A DNA stretch of 64,000 nt from Saccharolobus solfataricus P2 (GTDB taxonomy: Archaea > Thermoproteota > Thermoprotei_A > Sulfolobales > Sulfolobaceae), in NCBI RefSeq assembly GCF_000007005.1, contig NC_002754.1, one strand, 5' to 3'. This document shows, piece by piece, positions 31,926-41,333 of this stretch. Every line of letters begins with the position of its first letter. Position 1 is the stretch's first letter. The position numbers were made by a program, and so were the translations under genes. The notes below the pieces were generated by a model. The model was not told the origin of the DNA, did no database searches, and was given only the letters and a program-made list of their open reading frames with translations.

Positions 31926-32209
31926 TTACCCCACCTGTTAGATCTTATATTGTGTACGTGCACATGTTCTCCTACTTTAATATCCTTTATAGCAGACCCT
32001 ATTGGTCTACCATACTTTATTACAATATCGCTTTGTCTAATATCCTTTAATGCTATTTTATGACCTAAGGGTATATCGCTAATCGCCTTAATTTTAGGTC
32101 CCTGTGTCATGTCCTCGATATAAATTCCCTCAACCTCTTGTCCAGTTTTAATGTCAGCTATGGCAACTCCTACATTATCATTTTTGTTGTGGATAAGAAA
32201 ATATGGCAT
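31910..32209 (-). CDS. suyA: SAF-domain small subunit, SuyA-like
   Basis: DIPLGHKIAL, IKYG..IG, GEHVHVHN. Confidence 0.65.
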   Translation of the reverse strand: MPYFLIHNKNDNVGVAIADIKTGQEVEGIYIEDMTQGPKIKAISDIPLGHKIALKDIRQSDIVIKYGRPIGSAIKDIKVGEHVHVHNIRSNRWGKWKNQ

Positions 32210-32301
32210 GATTTATATTAAGCAATAAGCCATATATACTTAACTGTATACAGAAACGATCTTTTCAGCCAATCTTAATAGGGTATAATGAAATATTTCG
32301 T

Positions 32302-32380
32302 TAGTATTTTGGAAAAGTTCTTAGACTATGATCTAGTGGTATATCCTTTGCCTAAAGCTATAGACTTTCTGAAGGCACTA
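32302..32380 (+). mobile_element. SM1-type MITE (79 bp)
   Basis: Appears identical to the 24641 copy. Confidence 0.9.
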
Positions 32381-32453
32381 GTGTATAAAGAAAGGACGCT
32401 GAAAGGTAGCTGGCTAAAATGTTTATTGTAGAAGAATTTACTTACAAGAAAGT

Positions 32454-32787
32454 CGGGAGTGTTCTCAAACAGTCATGAAATTCAAAAAACGTTTGTAAAA
32501 ATATTGGAATAGTATGGAAAAACGCTCGTTTAACGTTTAAGATATAGAAATTTGAACAAAGACATTATTTTAGAAAAGGGTTTATGTGCAAGGGTTTACG
32601 AGGTTCATTCTAGTACTACCACAAAAAGATTTCATAACCCTCCCACATAAACCCTTTTCAAAGGCCGTTTTTCACGTTCTAATTCCTTAGCTACATCTCG
32701 ATCGAAACGACTAATTGTGAAAATTTCTAGTCTGATTTAATTTTACTATATGATATCGAATAAGATGACTGCATGAGAACACTCCCG
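32454..32787. mobile_element. 334-bp MITE-like element with TIR CGGGAGTGTTCTCA..CAGTCAT
   Basis: Left CGGGAGTGTTCTCAAACAGTCAT, right ATGACTGCATGAGAACACTCCCG; no ORF; no clear TSD. Confidence 0.7.
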
Positions 32788-32990
32788 TTAATTGAGTATG
32801 AACATATATTAAAAATGACATTAAATTCAAAGAAATCCAATTTTATTTATATTATCAGATACATATAATTAAATTTTAGATTATTAATAATAAGAAAAAC
32901 AGAGTAAATTTTCTTATGTTTGAAGAAATAATATAATACTCCTAACTAAATTTATATTTGTAAGATGATTTTGGATCTACTGTTATGGAC

Positions 32991-33269
32991 GGAGCATCCT
33001 CACCTCGCGATGAGGATTTCCTGCTTCTCAGAGAAAACCTCGATCCCCTTACCCATAGCGGAGGTTACATCGAACTGAGCTGCAATGCCCCTTATGGAAG
33101 AGGGGTTATGGAGGGTTTGCTCTCCACAAGCATTAAGGGCAGTCCCACGACCCAGCTCCTTCAGCCAAGGTCAGATTCGTTATTTATTACTTCTTGGTAA
33201 TAAACTTTTCTATAAGGGGACTATCCATCCTTACGGAAGGGGACATTCGCCCCCTTAACCTCCATTAAG
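32991..33269 (-). mobile_element. Non-autonomous IS200/IS605 mini-element (about 280 bp, no tnpA or tnpB)
   Basis: Starts after TTTAA; left-end hairpin CCTTCC-GTAA-GGATGG; right-end hairpin ATCCTCA-N8-TGAGGAT; GC-rich tnpB-3'-like sequence. Confidence 0.7.
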
Positions 33270-33402
33270 TTAAAGAGTTTATGGCTATTTTATGGATTGA
33301 ATTTCTTGATGGATATGGTTTTAAGATAAGGGCTAAGAGACTTATTGAGGCCATATCAATCCATGATGAGTTGTTAGATCAGCTACAAAAATTAATAAGG
33401 GT

Positions 33403-33954
33403 TTACCCGAAGTTAACCTCTTTACCCTTTATCTCATCTTCGCAAATCTCTTCTGCCATCCTTTCCACGTTATCAAAGTACTTTACCTTTACAATCTTCC
33501 TATCATCAATGTAGTCTGGGAACGATTTAGCGAAATAGTCGGTACTAAGACCAGTATTAGTCAACGCGTATATTGGTTTCCCCATTGCATAAGCCATCAT
33601 TATCTCTATTTCAGTCCCCACACCACCTCCCAAGGATACTAATAAATCACCGGATCTAACTAGGATTACGGATCTGCACCTAAATTCACAACCGGACTTA
33701 ATGCAAATTACTTCCCTAGGAATTTCTATGTTTTCTTTCTCTATTGGCAATATTAAAACTGTTTTTATATTCTCTCTTAAGGCCTCATCAACTACAACTC
33801 TCATTAGTCCCCAATATCCACCCAGTAAAAGTATTGGATTGCATGGTTTAATCGACCTTACGAATTTCCTTGCCTTTTCAGCTAACTCATGGTTAGATTC
33901 TTCGCTATGGGCAGCTATGGAAATAATCATGAGTATAATGAATCCTTTCTCCAT
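33403..33954 (-). CDS. LOG-family (Rossmann-like) nucleotide phosphoribohydrolase
   Basis: LLGGYWGLM, RSVILV, SLGGGVGTEIE. Confidence 0.8.
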   Translation of the reverse strand: MEKGFIILMIISIAAHSEESNHELAEKARKFVRSIKPCNPILLLGGYWGLMRVVVDEALRENIKTVLILPIEKENIEIPREVICIKSGCEFRCRSVILVRSGDLLVSLGGGVGTEIEIMMAYAMGKPIYALTNTGLSTDYFAKSFPDYIDDRKIVKVKYFDNVERMAEEICEDEIKGKEVNFG

Positions 33955-33959
33955 TTTTA

Positions 33960-34496
33960 TTAGTATCTCTTAAACCTAATAACTATCAGAGTGATAATAT
34001 CAATAACTATTAAGATTACACCTAGAACTTCCGCTATTTCCTTATACTGAAGTATATCAACCTTATGGATTGTTATTTCGAGGTCAATAGGGTAAGTAGT
34101 GTTTTTTGTCGTTACTATCTCTTGATATTTCTCTATTTTTTGATATTCGTAAACGTATACTATATCGTTTGATTTATTAACAACAGTAGCGTTTACCACT
34201 TTTGTTAAAGTTATGGGAAACGTTTCGTTATATATTGAAAACTCCCATTTACCAGGGGTTAATTTAAAATATGAAGGTAATTTCACAATTTTCGTATACC
34301 CGTTATGAATAATCTGAACGTAGATCGTAACGTTACTATCATTCTCAAAAAGTCTAGCCGTAACATAAGCGATCTTAGGAACTGCAATGGAATAGGGGTT
34401 TGAAATACTTATTAATGATTGAATTGGCGAATTAATAGATAACACAGATAAAACTAACAAGGAGAAACCTATAGTGGTGAGTAAACCAAATCTCAT
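33960..34496 (-). CDS. Hypothetical membrane protein (N- and C-terminal TM segments)
   Basis: Hydrophobic termini and N-x-S/T sequons; SD-like GAGGTG upstream. Confidence 0.7.
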   Translation of the reverse strand: MRFGLLTTIGFSLLVLSVLSINSPIQSLISISNPYSIAVPKIAYVTARLFENDSNVTIYVQIIHNGYTKIVKLPSYFKLTPGKWEFSIYNETFPITLTKVVNATVVNKSNDIVYVYEYQKIEKYQEIVTTKNTTYPIDLEITIHKVDILQYKEIAEVLGVILIVIDIITLIVIRFKRY

Positions 34497-34785
34497 TTCA
34501 TCACACCTCTATCCTCTTGAACTTTAGTGCTGATATGGCGAATAATATCAATGATATCACAGCCTCAGTATAAATTCCTACATTCAAATAAGGTACTCGT
34601 TTTTCGCTTACTGCTTCATAAATTAAAAACACATACGGGTTCGAAATAGTCGCTATGGGTGTTAATGATGAGTTCATTATTATTCCATAGTATCCTGCAA
34701 TACCTCCAAAGATGAATAGAATTCCTATTATTGTTCCTGAAAGAAGAGTAACTATTCCTCCACTTCTAAATGAGAGGGCTATTAA

Positions 34786-35866
34786 TATACTTCGTCAGAC
34801 TTTAAAGGGCAAGAAAACTTCACTCAGTATTGACGTCCAAGGTTCACCGCACCTCTTCACACTATACGTAAGGTCATTTACTCTCTTGGATATGGAGCGT
34901 AGGAACCTCGTTGCATCCCACATTAAGGTCTCGAAGTCCGTGTAAATCTTCGAGTAGAGCCTTTTCTTGAGGACTGCCCACGGCCCCTCCGCCGGACTCT
35001 TATCCGGAGAGTAAGGCGGCAGATAAACAAACTCCACCCCATTTTCCTCAAGGAATTCCCTCACTTCATTACCGTGTATTCTAGCATTATCCATCACTAT
35101 CACGGTCTTCTCGTCCTTTATTACCTTCCTCAAGTAGAGTATAATATCTTTTGAGTTCAGCGAGGGCTTCTTGTATGTCGAATAGGAGAAAGTTATTCCC
35201 TCTTTACTAATCGTTATCCCGCCTACTACTGCAAACCTCTTCCTCTTAGGGTTGACCTTTATCCCTCCTCCGACCTTCATCCAGCCTTTACCCTTGTTTA
35301 TGTAGGACACGTACGACTCATCGAAGATGTGTACCTTGTACCCTTCTCTTATTTTTTTAAAAGCTTCTCCCCTTGTTCCTTCACCCACCTTTCTACAGCG
35401 TTATCGTCTCTAACGTAAGTTCTCTTTCCTTTCTTGTACTTGAAGCCTAATTTCTTGAGGACTGGGCTTAAACTCCTCGGGTTGTACTTTATCCCAAATT
35501 CCTTGTCAAGTATATACGCTATGAGCTTCAAGGTCCAGAAATCGTAGTTCAAGCCGAAATCTCTTGGGCTCTTTTCTAAGATTCGGACGAGCTTTTCCTC
35601 GTCCTTCAGTTTCGTGGGTCCCTTCCTCGGCTTAGCGCTCAGGTCACCTTTCCTCAACCACTTGTACACGGTAAAGATGGAGACGTCATACTTCTTGGCA
35701 ACGTCCTTTATACTCATCCCGTTCCTCACATCTTTTACAGCGTTAATCCTCCTCTCTTCCTCTTGTTTCTTGTTGAGCCTTATACCGTGCATTCTGGATT
35801 TCGGCATAACAATTTAGTATTACTCATGAAATATAAATCTTGCTCTTTAAAGTCTGACGAAGTATA
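34786..35866 (-). mobile_element. ISC1078-like IS630 element with orfA/orfB
   Basis: 22-bp TIR TATACTTCGTCAGACTTTAAAG, TA duplication. Confidence 0.88.
34795..35807 (-). CDS. IS630 transposase expressed as orfA (35807-35349) plus orfB via a probable -1 frameshift
   Basis: orfA HTH ends CTT TTA AAA AAA TAA; orfB in the -1 frame has FDES, MDNA, PPYSPD. Confidence 0.8.
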
Positions 35867-36285
35867 ATACAATGTTTTCAGTGAAGAAATATCCAACAGT
35901 GTAGATTAGGACTAGATATTGGGGAACTGGAATATTTGAGAGAAATATGTAAAGTTCAGTTGTAAATAGCCAAAATAAATAAGGCAATATCACATCGCAA
36001 AAGTAAGTGAAGAAGAATAGGCTTATTCTCTTTATAGCCATCATCATAAAGGATATTATGGAACCCCTATAGATGTGATCACCAGTAACGAAAATGATGT
36101 TCCTCAAGGCTAAGGCAAAGGTCAAGGTTTCCGAAACGCTTATTAAAGGCACGAAGGCTAAGACTAAACCATAATAATTGAACACTCCCCTAGCGTAAAA
36201 CGCACTAATGAAAACGTTTGAAACTAACATTGTTGGGATTACTAACTCAAGCGTAGGTTGCCTATATCTCTCCTTAAATATGAGT

Positions 36286-37146
36286 CTAAATATTTGAAAA
36301 CTTCTTGAAGGCATCATCTAGTGAGAACCTCCTAATACTTATTATCTCGATTCCATTATCATCTAACTTATCTACTATCTCCCTTAACTTACCTTTAACC
36401 TTTATATAAGGTCCTTCAAGTATTCCTCCCAATAATTTCAAAGCTCTATCAGTATCGTCTACCATTACGTAAATTTCTTCCTCTTCGGTATCGCTTAAAG
36501 CCTTGTTCATCCTGCCTGAGTATGTAATTCTTCCGTCATTAATAAATATTACATCAGTTATAACTTTTTCGAGCTCTGAGAGTATATGAGATGAAATGAA
36601 AAACGTTACACCATTTTTCCTATTCAACTCCTTCACTACCTCATAAAACTCTATTCTAAAGGAGGGATCTAGATTGGCAGTGGGTTCGTCTGCTATTATC
36701 AACTCAACATCCTTTATTAATGCAGCTACTAATTGAACTCTTTGGGCTAAACCAGAGGATAGTTGATAAAGCCTCTTATTAAGGTGAGGAGTTAACTTAA
36801 ATTCCTCAATTAGATAGTTAATTATCTCCCTCTTTTTCCCATAAACATTTCCCAGATCCATCAAATATTCCCCTACTGTGTTCTCTTGAGGATGAATTAA
36901 GTTAGTGAAAATAACTGAAATTCTCTCCATGACCTTTGGGTTATCCCAAGGATCTTCACCAAATACTTTAACAAACCCTCCGTCCTTTCTTAACAACCCA
37001 GAAAGTATTTTTATTGTAGTCGTTTTTCCAGCACCATTTGGTCCAATAAAACCAGTTATTGATCCACTTCTGAGTTTAAAACTAACGCCCTTAAGTACTT
37101 CTTTACCAGCAAACTTTTTCCTTAAATCCTCAACTTCAATAGTCAT
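36286..37146 (-). CDS. ABC transporter ATP-binding protein (exporter type)
   Basis: [20 protein letters not shown]. Confidence 0.93.
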   Translation of the reverse strand: MTIEVEDLRKKFAGKEVLKGVSFKLRSGSITGFIGPNGAGKTTTIKILSGLLRKDGGFVKVFGEDPWDNPKVMERISVIFTNLIHPQENTVGEYLMDLGNVYGKKREIINYLIEEFKLTPHLNKRLYQLSSGLAQRVQLVAALIKDVELIIADEPTANLDPSFRIEFYEVVKELNRKNGVTFFISSHILSELEKVITDVIFINDGRITYSGRMNKALSDTEEEEIYVMVDDTDRALKLLGGILEGPYIKVKGKLREIVDKLDDNGIEIISIRRFSLDDAFKKFSNI

Positions 37147-37186
37147 GTAATATAAATAGAAGAAAAAGGATAATTTATTATTTATT

Positions 37187-38941
37187 TTAAACTATCACAG
37201 CTTTCACTAACCCTGGAGGAGTATCTATCGGCAACCCTTTCCTAACTCCCAGTTTATAGGCCAATAAGTGTAACGGTATTACATTGCTTATGGGAGTTAA
37301 ATCCCTAGTAGCCTTTATACTTTTCATATCACCATCTTCAGCAACGGTCACAATTACATCTCCTCTTTCCTTTATAGATCTAATAACCTTGTTATATAAA
37401 TCCTCAGCCTCCACAGGTTTTATTAAAATTACGGGGTAACCTTTATTTGTTAGAACAATGGGACCGTGGAGGAGTTCTCCCAGCTGAATCCCCTCTGCGT
37501 GAGTCATCGAAGCTTCCTTAAACTTCAAAGCTCCTTCTAAGGCTATGGGGTAATTTATACCACTACTCGAAATGTATAAGCTTTCCTTGTCTAATTTAGG
37601 AGCCAATTTCTCTGCCTCTTTCTCCATCTCCGGTAACCTTACCATTAACTGTTTAGCCAATTCTTCAATCTCACTTTTTAACGAACTGATCTCACTCCTA
37701 TCGTTTTTACCAGAGTGAAGTCCAGTGTATAGCGAAAGCACTTTTAATACTACAATAGTTGAAGTGAAAGTTTTTGTCGCTGGTACAGCCATCTCTGGCC
37801 CAGCAGTTATTGGTAAGTACACGTTAGATTCTAAGGCTAATCTTGAACCTACAGAGTTGGTTATACCTAATATTACAGCCCCTCTTTGCTTAGCCATTTT
37901 AATACTCCTTATAACATCACTTGTCTCCCCACTTTGACTTATAGCAATAATTACCGAACCAGTAGTCACGTTTTTCAAGGCGTAATAGGGAAACTCCGCT
38001 GCACTTACAACATTAACATTTAGGCTAATTTCAGAAAAGTAATATGATGAGATAAATCCAGCGTGAAGACTAGTCCCATTACCTATTATATAGACGTTCT
38101 TGGCACCATATACTATCATTGAGGCTAAGGAAAGGTACTTTTCCATTAGAGAGTTAAATGAGTTTATTAACGCTTGTGGGATATCGTATATCTCCTTTAA
38201 CATGAAGTGTGGAAATCCACCCTTTTCAGCGATCTCCTCCTTATATTTAACTCTCTTAATTTCCGGTTTTACCTCATTACCTTCAATATTATACACTTGC
38301 ACATCATTCCAAGAGATTACTGCCACAGTATTTTCTGGCATTATTATCGCATTCTCAGCAAAACCGCTCAAAGAGGGTAAATCGCTAGAAACGTATTTAC
38401 ACTCTTGTGTGATACCTATCATCAAGGGTTGGCCAGAGTTAATTGCGAATATTTTATCAATGTCTATGGTTACAAAAACCAGAGAGTAAATGCCCTTTAC
38501 CCTTTTCATAACGTTTAATGATGAGTTTAGATAGTTTGTTGAATTCTCAAGTAAGTGGGGAATCACCTCAGCGTCAGTTGTAGAGACGAATTTATGTCCC
38601 TTCGCAATCAGATCTTCCCTAATTTTTTCGTAATCGTCAAGAATACCGTCCATTACAACTGCTATCTTCCCATTACAATCAGTCAGTGGGTGAGCGTTTT
38701 CCAAAGTTGGCCAACCCCTACTCGCATATCTAGTGTGACCTATTGCAACTCTTGCCTTGTCACTAACGCTTATCTCATTCTTTGAGATATTACCTAAAAT
38801 TTTCTTTATTACTAAGCTATCGTCTTCAAGGTAAGCAATACCAGCGCTATCATATCCCCTATAAATCAACTTCTTTAAACCCTTGTTAATAATTGAAACA
38901 TCAATGGAATCCTTGCATACGAAAGCGAAAATTCCTCCCAT
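37187..38941 (-). CDS. glmS: GlmS-like protein (glutaminase-like plus two SIS domains) lacking the catalytic Cys1
   Basis: N-term [36 protein letters not shown]. Confidence 0.8.
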   Translation of the reverse strand: MGGIFAFVCKDSIDVSIINKGLKKLIYRGYDSAGIAYLEDDSLVIKKILGNISKNEISVSDKARVAIGHTRYASRGWPTLENAHPLTDCNGKIAVVMDGILDDYEKIREDLIAKGHKFVSTTDAEVIPHLLENSTNYLNSSLNVMKRVKGIYSLVFVTIDIDKIFAINSGQPLMIGITQECKYVSSDLPSLSGFAENAIIMPENTVAVISWNDVQVYNIEGNEVKPEIKRVKYKEEIAEKGGFPHFMLKEIYDIPQALINSFNSLMEKYLSLASMIVYGAKNVYIIGNGTSLHAGFISSYYFSEISLNVNVVSAAEFPYYALKNVTTGSVIIAISQSGETSDVIRSIKMAKQRGAVILGITNSVGSRLALESNVYLPITAGPEMAVPATKTFTSTIVVLKVLSLYTGLHSGKNDRSEISSLKSEIEELAKQLMVRLPEMEKEAEKLAPKLDKESLYISSSGINYPIALEGALKFKEASMTHAEGIQLGELLHGPIVLTNKGYPVILIKPVEAEDLYNKVIRSIKERGDVIVTVAEDGDMKSIKATRDLTPISNVIPLHLLAYKLGVRKGLPIDTPPGLVKAVIV

Positions 38942-38975
38942 ACTTAAATTTTAGTTTTGGTTATAAAAAGGAATT

Positions 38976-39467
38976 CTAACCCTCATTTCCCTGCTTAATC
39001 GAGGTAAATACACCTAAAATCAGACTATACACTTCTGGGTGAACTATAGACAAATTGCTGAATAGTTTTCTAATCTGTATTGGTTCAATATTATTTAATA
39101 TTTTCATAACGATTTTTATTGGAATGTTAATTTCCCTTAACTTATTTTCAATTATTCTCTTTACATCATCTTTAACCTCAAATACCTTTAACGTATTATA
39201 CGCTGTAACACTTCTGAGAGCTCTAGCCTTCCATACATCTCTATGGTTAACAATTGCCAAAACGATCGGAATTCCTAGATCAATATCACCCAGTTCCTCG
39301 TATATGTAGTAAAGATAATATGCAGTATATACTTCATTTCCTATTGCGCTCTGTAAGATTATAGCAAGCTCAATGTACTTTTTAACTTTCTCCTCATCTT
39401 TCTTAATCCTATTGGCGATTATGGGGACAACGTAATAATACTCTCTCCTAAACTTCTCTAAATCCAT
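38976..39467 (-). CDS. Degenerate Cas3''-like HD-fold protein (metal ligands lost)
   Basis: LAIILQSAIG where Cas3'' has LHDxGK; NEVYTAYY for HE..SA; LAIVNH; coupled to a Cas3'-like gene. Confidence 0.6.
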   Translation of the reverse strand: MDLEKFRREYYYVVPIIANRIKKDEEKVKKYIELAIILQSAIGNEVYTAYYLYYIYEELGDIDLGIPIVLAIVNHRDVWKARALRSVTAYNTLKVFEVKDDVKRIIENKLREINIPIKIVMKILNNIEPIQIRKLFSNLSIVHPEVYSLILGVFTSIKQGNEG

Positions 39468-40852
39468 TCTTCCACATCTCTGGCCTTTAACCCTAAAAAC
39501 ACCTTCTTTTTTCCTTCTTCCTCAACATAATTCTTATAAGCCCTTGCTAAATTCCTCTTAAGCCATGAAACACCTCCGCCTTCTAACCAATTATAAACTA
39601 TCTTAGAGCATTTTTCTCCATCAGTAAAGTACGTGTAAACGCAGCTATTTCCGTAGTATAATATCTTCTTTTTGTTCTCGTATACAAACTCGGGAGGTAC
39701 TGTAGTTATTTTCTCTTTATCAGTAAATAGATCGACTGTTACGAAATCACTGAAGACTTCTGTCACCTTCTCGAACTCCCTTCTATCCATTAAGTGGCTT
39801 ATTTCACTTAGCCTTTTTATAAGCCTTTCATCAATGTTAGGCTTTAAGACCGTCTTGTTAGCATATCCCATCTTTCCATTACAGCCAAAGGGATGTTTTA
39901 AGCATACTTTGATATTTGAAAGTAGATTAAGAGTACTTTCAGTCACTGTATCGTAATTATCCCTATCAATCCAGACGTAGATCTTATCCTTATCGTTAAT
40001 AATTCCACTTCTAGCTACAATAGTTGGTAATGATGAAATTTCGCTCACCACGTTAAACCTAGTAGGCATAATTTTAGGTGTAATAGTCACTTTGCATTCA
40101 TCACTACTATTAAGTAAACATACCTCAGTATTTCTTTCCTCCCTTAACTTTCTGTATAATCTCAACGCCTTTTCCCAAGAATTTACGAAAAGCGTAAATG
40201 GTTCCTTTACCTTAAATACCTCTTCACCTTTAATGATCTCATAATCTAAATCCCTAATGTCAAAATCCTCAATTAATTCAATCACTTCGTAACTACCCCT
40301 ACACTGATAATATCCCTCACCTTTCTTCACGCAATCCCTACCCTCAACCGCTTGCCCATATTCATTAACTATTGAAATAGATACCACTCTTCTATTTCTA
40401 AATCTACTTACTATCTCCTCCTCAAAGAATACCGAAGGTGTTGAAGTAGAGAAAATTGCGTTAATGCCATTCCTCGCCAATTCGTCAGCTGCAGCAATTA
40501 AAGCCTTATCTGGCATCATTCGATACTCATCTAAGATGACTAGTGAGGTAAGGATGTTAAATCTTGGGATTTCAGAAATTGCGCTACTGTAAAGGTTTAA
40601 AAAGAATTTACTGAAATGTAGTTGTGTATCCTCATAATCGTTAGGAACTACGCGAGTTAATCTTGAAAAGTTATTAGTCATATGTTTTGATAAATAGTTT
40701 TCAAGTGGTGAAATTACATCTTTTAAATAACCGATGGGTAAATTCAAGATGAAGTTAACATCATCGCATATTGAAAATTTTCTTCTGTTAATTTCCCTCT
40801 CAGTCTCCTTACAGTTTAAAAGCTCAAGGACTTTTCCTATCATTCTTAACAC
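39458..40852 (-). CDS. Degenerate Cas3'-like SF2 helicase (type I-A-like, predicted inactive)
   Basis: [11 protein letters not shown] (motif I), RLTRVVP (Ia), [18 protein letters not shown] (II), FSTST (III), [16 protein letters not shown] (IV), IVARSG (VI). Confidence 0.7.
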   Translation of the reverse strand: MLRMIGKVLELLNCKETEREINRRKFSICDDVNFILNLPIGYLKDVISPLENYLSKHMTNNFSRLTRVVPNDYEDTQLHFSKFFLNLYSSAISEIPRFNILTSLVILDEYRMMPDKALIAAADELARNGINAIFSTSTPSVFFEEEIVSRFRNRRVVSISIVNEYGQAVEGRDCVKKGEGYYQCRGSYEVIELIEDFDIRDLDYEIIKGEEVFKVKEPFTLFVNSWEKALRLYRKLREERNTEVCLLNSSDECKVTITPKIMPTRFNVVSEISSLPTIVARSGIINDKDKIYVWIDRDNYDTVTESTLNLLSNIKVCLKHPFGCNGKMGYANKTVLKPNIDERLIKRLSEISHLMDRREFEKVTEVFSDFVTVDLFTDKEKITTVPPEFVYENKKKILYYGNSCVYTYFTDGEKCSKIVYNWLEGGGVSWLKRNLARAYKNYVEEEGKKKVFLGLKARDVEEWI

Positions 40853-41298
40853 TTTATGTCAAATGAAATCTCGAGTAACTGTTTACTATTCCTATATCTC
40901 CAATAGTCCTTGATGATCTCTCCAATCTCAGAGGTAAACTTAGTATGTTGCTTATTGCAAGCATTAATACTCCAATCTGGTATTACCACAATGCTTAACT
41001 CCCTAACCTCAGCTGAAATAAGAAAGAGATCGTAGATCTCATCTCCATATTTCCTTTCAGCTTCTTCCCTAGGTAAAACCTCAATTATTATTGGAAGGTT
41101 TTTTCTAACCTTCTCGTTAGCCAATTCAAAGACCTTATCCATTTCCTGATCGCTAGGTTTCCTCTCAAACTTTACCGTTAATCTCCCATGATTGCTATTA
41201 ACGTAAGTGCTTGCAGTCCATTTGGCACCCAAAACTTTCCTCACAGCTCCTTTGACCACATGTAAGGCGGTGTGAGTGCGAATCTCAACTTGATCCAT
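40846..41298 (-). CDS. alaXS: AlaX-S free-standing alanyl-tRNA editing protein
   Basis: RTHTALH (HxxxH) and ACNKQH (CxxxH); very like Pyrococcus AlaX-S. Confidence 0.9.
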   Translation of the reverse strand: MDQVEIRTHTALHVVKGAVRKVLGAKWTASTYVNSNHGRLTVKFERKPSDQEMDKVFELANEKVRKNLPIIIEVLPREEAERKYGDEIYDLFLISAEVRELSIVVIPDWSINACNKQHTKFTSEIGEIIKDYWRYRNSKQLLEISFDIKC

Positions 41299-41333
41299 GT
41301 CAAATATATTATCCTCAAAGCCTTTTATATAGT

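Larger units (their letters stand above)
34499..36317 (-). pseudogene. ABC permease interrupted by an IS630-family element
   Basis: Removing 34788-35866 rejoins in frame TENIVL-LIALSFRSGGIV; the last TM segment needs a further frameshift. Confidence 0.75.
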
